Source: Paraspadella gotoi (taxonomy: Eukaryota > Animalia > Chaetognatha). Taken from it: DNA of 64,000 nt. This document shows, one piece after another, positions 53,143 through 64,000 of the stretch. Numbering within the stretch: position 1 is the first letter of the stretch; each line of letters opens with the position of its first letter. The DNA lies in contig CM119265.1 of NCBI GenBank assembly GCA_051294375.1, positions 20,866,221 through 20,930,220 of the forward strand. The letters run 5' to 3'. The notes under the pieces were generated by a model. That model was not told the DNA's origin, ran no database searches, and saw only the letters and a program-made list of their open reading frames with translations. The translations under genes and the position numbers were made by a program.

Positions 53143-54147
53143 TCATTTCGATTCATTCACATCAATCTCATTCGCTTCATCTTTCCCCATTCCCCCATCA
53201 AGAAGAGGCAAGGAATCTTCTTTCTCCTTCTCTCTCGCGCAACCTTTCGCCACGATCACGACGACTATAGATACGAAGATGACGGCGACGCCGAATCCTT
53301 CCAGAGTCGTCAGCGTCTCTCCGAAAAACGCCAAGGACATCAACGACGTCGTCGCGATGTTCCCGGAATTGATGAGGCTGCCCAAGAGGCCGGCCAGGCC
53401 GTCGTCGAACCATTCCAACTCGTAGCAGCCGACCTGCTGCGACAATCGGTAGATGGTGGAGAGGACTCCGACGAGGAAGACGTCTCCGAGACCGACAAGC
53501 GAAGCCGTTTCGAAAGCCTCGGCGCCGCCGGCGACGGCGAGACACACGGCGGCGACGCTCGTACTGCAAATCACGCGTAGGACGAGAAAGTTGGACCAGT
53601 GGGCGTCTTTCGTGGCGCCGAAAAAGTAAGGAAAGGAGAGGATTATTCCCGCTTGCAAAACGGCGAAGACGTAACCGTAGACGGGCGCGTCGATCGGCTC
53701 GTCGAAGAGAAACGGCGGATGCGTCACCAGCACGAGACCGATCATCGCGGCGACTATACCGCATCCGTCGATAAAGGTGACGCATTTGCCATGCAGCAAC
53801 GCCGTCAACGCTGGCGTGAAGAAGAACCCGGCGCCCGTGATGGCGCTGAAGACGCCGAGCGGCATGACGTCCGCGCACGCGCGCCACAGGATGAAGTTGA
53901 AGTTAATGAGGAGACCGAGGAGGATGAAGATCGCCCACCGCTTCGCCGATTTCACCGTCCAGTTCCTCCAGGCGAAGGGGAAGAGGGGGACGGTGCCCAG
54001 AGTCTCGCCCACGAAGAGAGCGACGAAGGCGACGGGCGTCGAGAGGGACGCCGAGTCGCGAAAGATCATTGTGCAGAGGCTGACCAAGATGCAGTAGGAG
54101 ACGTTGAAGAAAACTCCCCATAACAGGCTGGACAGCTCTCTCGCCAT
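53143..54147 (-). CDS. Intronless drug/metabolite transporter (EamA/DMT superfamily), SLC35G-like, ~334 aa, ~10 TM helices
   Basis: Long GC-rich ORF from ATG 54147 (MARELSSLLWGVFF) to the stop at 53143, with about 10 hydrophobic segments. The segment MPLGVFSAI...FTPALTALLHGKC...GLVLVTHPPFLF resembles SLC35G EamA repeat 1, and SLAFFGETLT..EGFGVAVIFVSI resembles the end of repeat 2. Confidence 0.85.
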   Translation of the reverse strand: MARELSSLLWGVFFNVSYCILVSLCTMIFRDSASLSTPVAFVALFVGETLGTVPLFPFAWRNWTVKSAKRWAIFILLGLLINFNFILWRACADVMPLGVFSAITGAGFFFTPALTALLHGKCVTFIDGCGIVAAMIGLVLVTHPPFLFDEPIDAPVYGYVFAVLQAGIILSFPYFFGATKDAHWSNFLVLRVICSTSVAAVCLAVAGGAEAFETASLVGLGDVFLVGVLSTIYRLSQQVGCYELEWFDDGLAGLLGSLINSGNIATTSLMSLAFFGETLTTLEGFGVAVIFVSIVVVIVAKGCAREKEKEDSLPLLDGGMGKDEANEIDVNESK

Positions 54148-54912
54148 GAGGGGGGGTTTGTGGTTGAAAAACCGATTGCGGGGGGCTAAGACGGAAATGA
54201 GAAACATTGTATTGATCAACGTTAAAAGCCCCAAATTTTAATAATCTCTGAGAATTAAAATGTCCGGTTAATTTTGTAGGATTAGTATTAAGTCGAAGCT
54301 ACTTTAAAGGGATTAATCATTAACGTAAAAACAACAAAAAAAAATGAATAAAATATATCATTTACGATGAAAAAAAAGAATGAATGAATGAATTTACTCA
54401 TGCATGAACTAATTTTTTTTACATATAACAAATAGATAAATACTTAAGTGCATAATATAAATTCATGGTCGCGACTTCGCCGCAACGGCGTTTATTTTTA
54501 ATCGTAAATAAACAAAAGAGCCGAAATCCCGAAGAAGCTTCTTATTTTCGATGTTGACAATAAAAAAGGAGCAGTCACGATCAATTGAATGAAGATTGTG
54601 ACGTTTAATTCAACTCACCTCCTTTGACTTAACTCAGATCCTTACCTTTTATTTCTCGATTTTAATCCGTGAAAAAATGACACGGGGGAAAGGGTTCGGT
54701 TCAAGTTTAGTGACGGGTCACAAAGAATGAAGATTTACTTTTTATTTTTAGTTCTTATTGTCTGACAGCGAGACAAGTCTATCCGAAACTTTTTCGTCAA
54801 ATAACGCCGAAGGAGAATGTAAGTCGAGTTACTTTGAAATATAAGGTTATCCAAACAAAGCCGTTAGTTGCTATTTATTTTGTGAAGAATAAATAACTAA
54901 TATTTCGTGAAT

Positions 54913-55085
54913 TGGGGATTGCGGATTGAACCGCAGTTTTTACGGAATCCAAAGATTTTACCTCTACAATAAATTAACTTTATTCGACATTTACGGCATT
55001 TGAGATTTAGAAAACCTTGCTCCATGTTAAAGCCAGTTTATCCTACGGCCGACGTATCGAACGCGCGACCCTCGAGGCGTAGATA
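54913..55085 (-). pseudogene. Two degenerate tRNA-like/SINE-head remnants
   Basis: Minus strand: TGTAGAGGTAAAA (A-box-like)...TGCGG-TTCAAT-CCGCA (T-arm-like) at ~54913-54970, and GGTCGCGCGTTCGATAC at ~55056-55072. Neither forms a full cloverleaf. Confidence 0.25.
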
Positions 55086-56996
55086 ATAATAAACCTTTTC
55101 TACACAGATTGTCAATCTGCATACTATAATATAGTATAAAGTATTTAGGAGAATAAACAAAAATTTCGTTAGTTTAGCAACAAAGGATAAAGTATGAAGT
55201 AGAAAAATTCTTTATTAGCAGGTGTTTATTAAGCAGAAAGCATGACATTTAAGGAGTGCAGACATGTATCTAAATAAAAGTCAATCGGACAGATACACAG
55301 ACACACAGACAGTCAGTATCAGAATGGGAATTTAATACCTCAGTAATGTAATTTCGTCAAAGGTTTTTTTTGGGACGGAAAAAATGCATAAAACATAAAT
55401 TTAATATACTCAATAACCCTAAAGTTCTTTTCAATTACCATATCAATTTACAAATTACTGACCACGACCCGACGCCGAGAAAAAAAAGATTTGTGCGAGT
55501 TCTAAATCAAAAACCCTGCGCTTTTACGAATTTTCTCTCTCGCGCGCAAAATGCGAAAAGGTTATCGCCCACTATCCACTTTTCTAATCATTTTGAATCA
55601 AATCGTTCGATTGAATAAATTTTGTATTTTCAATTTCACATATGCCCGCCTTCGCCTCGCGACATTTTTTTTTTTTTTTTCATCTTCTGGGTCGAGAGAA
55701 ACGTGACTCACATGTGAAACGACCCGTCCGGGATTTTCTCCTTCCTCCAAATTCCTCCATTTTTTTCCTCCTCTTCTTTCTCCTCCTCCTCCTACTCCTT
55801 TCCTCCTTTCCTCCTCCTCTTCCTCCTCCTCCCGGTCTCCCGTCTCTAATCCAGGATCGCCCCTCAGTCCATCCTCCTCCTTTTCATGTTTTTCCTTCTT
55901 CCGAACAAAAAAACTTTTTTTTTCCTTCCTTGTCTTTTTTTGTCTCTCTATCTCTCTCTCCCTAGTTATTGTGGTTTTTTGGATGTGCCAGTGAAAAAGT
56001 TATTCTTTATCGAACCTCGAAACTACGTTTTGTCCGTCTGTGTCTCTATCACAACGCTCACACATTCTCACACGCGCTACGAATTAAAAAAAAACACAAA
56101 AAACCAACATTTCTGTCTCTATCCGTCTCTTATGAATAAAGTCGGGAAGACTTTTCCCTCTCTCTCTCTCTCTATCGTTCGATTCGCGTCTCTGACGTCT
56201 TTGTCGTTACATTTTTTCCCCGTCGAATAACGAGACGAAGTCCCCTTTCCTCGGATTACGTTCCTTCTTTCAAAATCGCGTGTTCTTCTCCCACCGTCTC
56301 TCTCTCTCTCTCTCTCGCTGTTAAAAAAAGAAAAATAAAAAACCCAACAAGAACCCCCCTATCCTCTTGTATTCGGTTCGCCGGCATTTTGCCCAAAAAA
56401 AAGAAACGAGTTCTCGTCTCTGTCTCCATCTCTCTGTCTCTCTCTTTCTCCCTGCTTCTCTTCATATCTCTTCATCTCAGTTTCTCCCATCCCTCGTCCT
56501 CCTTCCGTTCAGACTTCGCGTCCTTAGAAAAATTAATATTTAAAAAATAAACAAATATTTGAATATAATCAAACGCCGCTTCTGTTTCTTCTATATTTAA
56601 AAATAACCAACGCCTAAAAAACAGTATTACAGCGCCTCTCGTGTCGTAGTGCGGGCATTCTTATCCAAAAATGAGCAATACTCACTTCTAGTGCCTCCTT
56701 AATCCTTAGCTTTCGATCTTTGCTAATCGCTAACCCGCTCGCCGGGGTGTGTGTACCTAAAGATATCAAATTTTTTGCGTTATTATTTAACTAAAAACAA
56801 TAAACAGACTACGAAATAAATATAGGAATTGAACTAATTTTAAAATTCGTGACTCCGTTCCTTCGCTACGGGATAATTTTTTTGTTCTTGCCGTCATAAC
56901 GTTTTCGTTTCCGGTTCTGATTGAGCTTAAAACGCCGAAAGCGTCCCCTCGCCCTTGGCCGGATTATTGTAAATAAACAATCGCGTATCGGCGACG

Positions 56997-58517
56997 ATGA
57001 TTTGGTGAGTGACCTTGAGGGGATTCACGCGTTTTCACGCCGGAAAGAAGCGTGAAAACTGCGGGGAAGAGACAGATGAGAATAATGTTTTCACAGTCCT
57101 GTGATTCCTCGCTGTTTCGTGAGATTGATAAAAGCCAGACCGCATTTACAAATCTAATTTCGACGTTAATATCTTTTTTTTTTCCTTCCCACCCCCAATT
57201 CTCTTTCCTTCGTCACTCCACACCCCACTTCCCCTCCAACCACCCTCTCCGCAGCCTGGAGGAGTTGACGGGCGTGTCGGTGCGCACGATGGTGGAGGTG
57301 GGTGCGTCGACGTCTCTGCTCCTCTACTTCTACAACCGACACTTCGAATGGTTCGCCGCTGCCGTCCTATCCTTCTACCTCCTCCTCTGGTGGAAGAAGC
57401 TCAGCCATTCTTCTTTGTGGGGTAAGAGCCTGCTCCCCTTTAATCTTAAGCACCTTTGATATTAGCCCTCAGCGTTCCACCATCGTTCCTTAGCTCTTAA
57501 CACTTAGCTCTTTACCCTCTTTACATCACTTATAACTCGTCATCCGTCCATCTGAATTCTTTATCTTCCTTACCATTAAACTCATCCCTAAGCACTTAAA
57601 CCTAAAACCCTTCTCCCTTAGCCCTTAGCTCTTCTCCCCCTTATCTTTAAGTTCACCACCCTCATCCCCTTGATTCTCAACCCCTCTATCTTAAATTCAT
57701 CCCTCAGCCCTTAATTCTAAGCCCTTCTCTCTTAGCGTGAGCGTGAGCCGCGGCCAAAAGCCGCTGATAAAGAGACTCGGGTTTCATTCTCGCGCTAGCA
57801 GAAAGAGAGAATCTTGGTCGACCAATATGTATATATAGTTGGAATACCGCATTTACGCTATAGGGCAAATATCGAGGAGGGTTCACGTATACTTTTTTTA
57901 AATTAAAATAAAATTCACCGAGTCGCTTTTCGCTCAACGTCTTAATTTGACAATTTAGATTTGCCAATTCGATTTAGTTTTTAGCCAATTTTACCATTTT
58001 CCATAAGCGCCGACCGAGTGAACTAATTTGTAAAACCTTCCTCACTTCCGCTCAACATCAAGCATCCCTTCACCAATCCCCAGACACCTCTCCATCACTT
58101 CACAATCACCTCGCCAATGAACTTTCGCGTTGGAAGTTTACCACTACTTCAAATAATCCTGCTCCCTCTTCTCTCAGTCTCTTAGTCCCGCGACGCGCGC
58201 CCATTTGGTCGGTTCCGGCCAATCAGAAAATTCCGGTCATCAATCTGAGATCTGGGTCGATTCGTCGCCGGCGGAACGTGACGCGGTGCGGCGCCGGTCG
58301 AACGCATAAAGTCGAACGCGCGAGGAAAGATGAGATGGAGACACAAGCTCGTGTTGCGAGAGGGTGTCAAGAGGACAAAGGAACGACAGAGGGCGTCTTA
58401 GTGCATATATACTGTCAAAGAATCAAAGCACTCTTAGCTAATCTGAAATTTTTCGGCGACCTCCGTGGTTCCGGTGGTTTTTGGGTCATGCTCAACAGAT
58501 CAAAGATCAATTTTTAA
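56997..58517 (+). CDS. Small spliced gene encoding a putative membrane protein of unknown family
   Basis: ATGATTTG|GTGAGT (56997-57004). Exon 57255-57421 follows a pyrimidine tract + CAG and ends in GTAAG. It is phase-consistent and encodes CLEELTGVSVRTMVEVGASTSLLLYFYNRHFEWFAAAVLSFYLLLWWKKLSHSSLW. A candidate terminal exon 58084-58517 is open and in phase but less certain. Confidence 0.5.
57460..57737. repeat. Degenerate ~7-bp repeat (CCCTTAG-like) within an intron
   Basis: CCTTAGCTCTTAACACTTAGCTC...CCCTTAGCCCTTAGCT...CCCTCAGCCCTTAATTCTAAGCCCTT. Confidence 0.6.
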
Positions 58518-59400
58518 ACAAGATTGACACGAAGGTCGTCGGGACCCGAGTCCGCGCCAAACTGCGACAGACCACACGGCAATGATCACGTGATACGGGT
58601 AGGTCCAACACCTGACACCGGTCGACTTGACACGCGGCGCAAAAGACCGTAACTTTTTTCGTCTCTTAGCCGATGTCTCCTTCCAATGCCAATCCGCCGA
58701 CTCAAGCCAACTTTTTTATGTCCGTCTTATCTTCTGATCCTTTAATGCAATAAAAATGAGTTGGGGGGGGTGGGAACGAGAGAGGACGAATTCTTATCTC
58801 CATCTGGAGACGAGAAGAAGTGGGAGTGGCGACCGACGCGAGGACACGATATGTCGGATAGCGACCCTTTTTTTTAGGTGTTTTACTATTTACAGTATAA
58901 ATTGCTACTATACTGATTAATCTTTATAATAATATTATTGCTATTGCAGTCATCAAAAAAAAAGAATGATTAAGAATGTAATAAAACTCTTTTTCGTTTT
59001 CTCTAAATTTTATTCCGACTCACAAATGAAAACTCTTTCTTTGTCGGCGCAGTCTCTATTTGCCGATTCTAACTTCCAAAAAATTCCATTTGCATTTTTT
59101 TGGAATTGGAATTCTTGGAAAAAAAATTCTTAATGATGGGTGTCGGGGTTTTAGTGAAAAATTAACTTCTAGGTTGCCTTTTTTTATACTTGTGTACATT
59201 AGAGAATATACATAGTAGTAGGGACGATCCTAATCTCTCCTTGCCCGTAGGATAGGACAATTTATAGTAGAATGCTTCGGTGCTGTGAAAAATAAGTTGA
59301 TGTAAGCGACATTTATAAGACTGAACCCTATTTGAAAATCCGCTGGGGGGAAAGGAAAAAGGCTGGGCAAATGAAAAATCGACGGGAAACAGAAAAAGAG

Positions 59401-59487
<87 letters not shown>

Positions 59488-59565
59488 AGAGTTAGACAAG
59501 GAGAGAAAGCGTGAGAGTGAAAAGAAGTAGAGAAAGAGCGAAAAGAAAGAAAGAAAGTAAAAAAA

Positions 59566-59621
<56 letters not shown>

Positions 59622-59733
59622 AAAAAGAAAAAAAGAAAAGAAAAGAAAATTTAAAAATAAATAAATAAATAAATAAAGAAAACAAAGAAAGAAAGAAGAA
59701 AGAAAGAAAGAAAAAAATGTAAAAAAGTGAGCA

Positions 59734-59764
<31 letters not shown>

Positions 59765-61076
59765 AAATGAGATAGTTTCTAAGAGAGAGAGAGAAAAAAA
59801 GAAAAGAAGAAAAAAAAGGAAAGAGGGAAAAGTGACAGCTAACAAGCGCCGACTTGGTTTCTTCTCTCCTTTTCCTCCTTTTCCTTCTGAATTTCGCTTC
59901 CTCCCTTTCCTCCGCCTCCTTTTTCCGTCGCCCGCACGAAACTGTCCATTTGGCCAAATTTGGTCCTTGACATTTAACCTCGTCTGACCTCCTGTCGTGG
60001 CAGGCCGGTTCGGAGCCAATCCGTCTCTGGCTCGATTAGACCGAATTTCTTCCCTTCCTTCTCTTTTTCTTCTTTTTTTACTTGTCTTTTTACTTCTCTT
60101 TTCTCTTGTCTCAACGAGTTTTGTATTTTTTTAAAATTGTATTTTATTTTTCGTTTTTTATTTCATGTCTTGATATTTTTTTTCTCTCTTTCTTTTTATT
60201 TTTATTATTTTTTTCTTTCTTAATTTTATCCAACGTCTTTTTTATATTTTCTTTGTTTCGTTGTTTCTTTCTTTGTTTCTTTGTTTCTTTCTTTGTTTTT
60301 TTTTCTATTTTTCTTTGTTTATTTCTTTCTTGCTTTCTTGCTTTCTTTTTTTCTTTATATTAACGAGGTTTAAAAATATTATAAATAATAAAATTCTATT
60401 TCACGGAAAGAATGATGTCAAAATATCATTTGCATATTGCAGTAATATATATTTAGCTTGGTTGTTTTCTTTCTGGTGAAATAATCTTGATACCCTGAAA
60501 AAAACGAGGATTCTTCAAATTGCCAAAATATAGTAAAATCTTTTCGGATTCTCCTTTCAAAACTTTTAAGACTAAATAATTAAACGAGAAAAATTCAATT
60601 GTTCATCATTGTTATCGTCTTGCTCAAGCTATATTAAGACACTAACTTTGGGCGTCTCACGAGTGACCATGAAATAAAATTTGACTCTCTAACCATTTTG
60701 GTGAGAACGATTTTTGTCGTAAAGTTACTCTCTGAGAATCGTACGTATTTTTTCTGACGTATAGTCGTTTATAGTAATAGATTTTATTTATCTTTACAAT
60801 TTCATAAATAGTTATTAAAAAAACAAAATTCTCTCAAGCGAACTCAACCGAGTCACCGAGACATTATTACAACGTCTGGAAATAAAATTGCCTGACGTTT
60901 CAATGTTCGTCTCCCTCTCTCATTTTATCTTTTATGTTTTCTTTCTCCCCTCTCTTTCCCAAGGTTCAGATCCAGATTTAGATTAAAAAACTCTGTTACT
61001 TGAGACGTCGTATTTTTGCTGGATCAGCAGTCTATGTTCTGGTCTTTCAATTTTTGTTATCTCATTGATTAATTCA

Positions 61077-61155
<79 letters not shown>

Positions 61156-61376
61156 CGTGATCGATCGATGATATGATTTGATTGGATTGATTGACAAATC
61201 GTTTATTTTTGTTTACCTGTCCGGAACCATTGGTAATGAAGACCGCACCGACCATCTCCTAAAAATACTGGCAGACGCGCGACGCCATCTACGCCGGATG
61301 AGATCCCCATTTCCCGCTCTCTTCGAAAAAACCGGAAAGCATGAGTCATTCTCGGGGAGAGAGAGAGGAGAGAGAG

Positions 61377-61431
<55 letters not shown>

Positions 61432-62519
61432 AGAGAGAGAGAGAGAGAGAGAGAGGAGCGGCAAGAATAATTTATGGGTTGAGGGTCGCGGCACGGGTCG
61501 CTCGCTGCCGGAGAGCGTGAAGCATTAAAACAAAAACAAACACAAACAAACAAACAAACAAACAGAACAAAGGAAAAGACATTTTAAGAGGAGGCGTAAA
61601 TGTAAAAACTGTGGACGAGTCGTAAGTTTTCATAACTGTCGACTTTTTTAACTTGAGCGGAAAAAAACCGTTATATTGAAAAACCAGATAGTAGCAGATA
61701 ACGGAGAAAATCTATTTATAGATCTAGTAGACTATTTCGAAACAAAATTCTCGTGGGGAAAAAAAGTCGTTGTTGGGCTCCGCTTGTGTTTCAAATCCGT
61801 ACGTCCGTCCGTCCGTCCGTCCGTCCGTCCGTCAATCTGTCCGTACGTCTCGACGTTTCATTCCGTTCGTGACTTGGTCCGGTTCCCACGTGGGATTTTT
61901 TTTTCCATCGGGAAAAACAGAAAACGAATCCCACCTTCGGGGTTACGATGACCTGCAGGTGGACGGCAATGGGTGGCGGAGGGGGAGAGGTGGCATTGGG
62001 TGGCAAAAGGGGAAGTGGTGAAATTGGTGAATGGTTTGCGACGCAGATGAGGAGAATGAGGGGAACAAAATTATTGTTATTTTTGTTTTTTAATTAAAAA
62101 TAGAGAACCTCGGTTATTTACCGTCCTCATGAAAATCTGACGAAATAGAATATGACAAAGAAAGCATTTTAGTCTTTACATGTCTCGTAAGATTTTATGT
62201 TTAGAGTAAAATTCGGTTTGTTTATAGATATTTAAATATTTTTAAAGAGGGTAACGGTTTCCTTTTCCGACAAAGCAACGCCAACGACGACAACGCCAAC
62301 GACATTTTCGACTTCGTCTCTAAATGTAAATTTCTTCTCTGTGGTGGAGCGAGTCATAAAATTACCAGTAAATCTAACATTTGAGAAGAGACGGTCGCCA
62401 TTTTTGCTTTTCAACATGAATGAATTCAAAACCTTTGGTATCATCTTTTCAAAAACCACCCCATTTTGGTTCCTTAATGCCTGATCTTGATTTTAACTAT
62501 AATATTTTGCCATATTCTG

Positions 62520-62706
62520 TTACCAAACCCTGAACCCATAACAAAATCCCCAACCCTGATCATTAATCCTAAACCTTAGTCCCTAATCTATTACCCTAAT
62601 CGCTAACCTAATCTCCTTATCCGAATCCCTTAACCCAAAGCCTTACCCTCGTCTCTAAACGAAAAACTAACTTAATTCCGAATTTGAAATGGGACGTTTT
62701 GAAAAG
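62520..62706 (-). repeat. Dispersed repeat with degenerate telomere-like (TTAGGG) hexamers; related copy at ~17998-18105 (+)
   Basis: The reverse complement reads AAACGTCCCATTTCAAATTCGGAATTAAGTTAGTTTTTCG...GATTAGGTTAGCGATTAGGG. This matches AAACGCCCCATTTC..AAATTCGGAATTAGGTTAGTTTTTCG...GATTAGGTTAGTGATT near 18000. Confidence 0.65.
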
Positions 62707-62822
62707 ATAAGGTGAAACCTTCGAAACCTCAGCCGTTCAGCCTCTTCCGCTCATCAACACCTTTCACCCGATAGAATTTCAACCAAACCGATCTCCGAAA
62801 ATGTAACCACGCCCCCCTTTAC

Positions 62823-63183
62823 CGGAAGAAAGACGCACGTGTGCCTGACACGCTCCGACCCTCTCTCTCTCGCCTGCTCCACGTCAAATGAAAGACGCTG
62901 GAAGAGAATCCACTTCCTTCTATTTTTTTTTCTTCTTCTTCTTCTTCTCATTTTCTTCTTCCTTTTTTTCTTCGCTTTTGTTATTCTTGTCTCCTTCCCG
63001 TTCTTCTTCTTTGTCTTCGTCGCCATCTTGAATTCTTTTTTTTTTTTACCGTGACGTCATCGTTTTTCCTTGATTCTTTGCCACGTAAGCTTTTTCCCCG
63101 AAGCCCGTCGTCGTCGTCGTCGTCGTCGTCGTCAATGGCGTCCTCGGCATTGTACCCGTCGCGACGGGCGCCAATGGTCACGG
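62823..63183 (-). CDS. Two candidate coding exons of an unidentified gene extending beyond this interval
   Basis: Exon 63183-63050 (TTTTTAG acceptor, GTAAAA donor) encodes VTIGARRDGYNAEDAIDDD...KNDDVT. Exon 62897-62823 (TTCCAG acceptor, GTAAAG donor) encodes RLSFDVEQARERGSERVRHTCVFLP. The two join in phase 0. A further possible 42-nt exon lies near 61217-61258. Confidence 0.4.
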
Positions 63184-63387
63184 CTAAAAAGTAATAATCA
63201 ATTATTCATTTCAACGCTTTCAAACGATTTAATATAAGTACATAATAAAGACAAATTTGTATTATTCCTTCTCTTTTTCCTTCCCTAATTTTACCCATTT
63301 TCTATTATATCTACTAAATACTCAGCCTCTTCATCATCCTCATCCTCATCATCATCATCATCATCATCATCGTCATCATCATCATCG

Positions 63388-63427
<40 letters not shown>

Positions 63428-64000
63428 TTCAAAAGCGTTCTTGACTTCCCCCCCTTCTTCCTCTCCATTATTTTCTTTCTCTTACATTCCCTTCCGATCC
63501 GCACCTCAAGTCACGTCTCTCGAAAATATGCCTCCTGCCCTTTATCCTCCACCTTTCCCTCCCCCTCCCCTTCCTCCTCCCTTCCACCGCCCTCGTTTTC
63601 ATCTCCTCCCAATATGCAATAAATCCTTCAACTAAGATTTACTTCCTTTTCCCCTCAATTTTTCTTTCTCTGCAACAAAAGAATAAAATTGTTTATCTTA
63701 TTTTTAGTCTTGTAGCAGTAAAAACGAAGCGAAACCCGTAAACGAACTAAAAAAAAGGTCACCAACTGCGGCTGCCGAACGAGGGAAATATTTAAATATT
63801 GAAAATGTATTTTTTAAAGTACATGATAGGTACATATTTCAAATACAGTATTACAATGAGACCTCCGTTTCTCGTCATGATAAAAATCTCTGTCGAGACG
63901 TAAGCCGGGCTTAAATGGAAAATAAAAAAAAAGAAAATTTAAAAATGTGAAAAAAAACTTAAGAGTTGGAAAAAGAAAATGGCTGGCGACAAGCTCCTGG

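Noticed and set aside
53128-54123. Long plus-strand and alternative-frame ORFs overlapping the transporter
   Set aside because: Shadow ORFs expected from high third-position GC codon usage.

Overview
Eukaryotic, most likely invertebrate metazoan, genomic DNA: AT-rich, dense in microsatellites, with short GT-AG introns and no visible CpG depletion. Most ORFs in the supplied track are translated microsatellites. Positions 1-41 kb contain no gene I can recognise. About 23 kb of that region is two apparent tandem duplications (1107-7396 / 7422-13804 and 20839-25993 / 26019-31444). Each is split by exactly 25 N and carries indel noise, so they are most likely gap-filling artefacts. The region also holds dispersed repeats (Helentron/HINE-like, telomere-like and an unclassified family), minisatellites, a structured ~190-nt element and repeated RFX X-box and ETS motifs. 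Positions 41.9-64 kb are gene-dense: a Ser-rich membrane-anchored orphan (+), a complete 8-exon enkurin gene (-), a secreted Gly/His-rich, Asp-rich, probably GPI-anchored orphan with frameshifts in its 5' part (-), an intronless SLC35G/EamA transporter (-), a small spliced membrane-protein gene (+) and exons of an unidentified gene near the right end (-). The most interesting candidate is the His/Gly + acidic orphan protein. I see no CRISPR array, rRNA or intact transposase, and nothing that demonstrates a novel multi-gene system from sequence alone.
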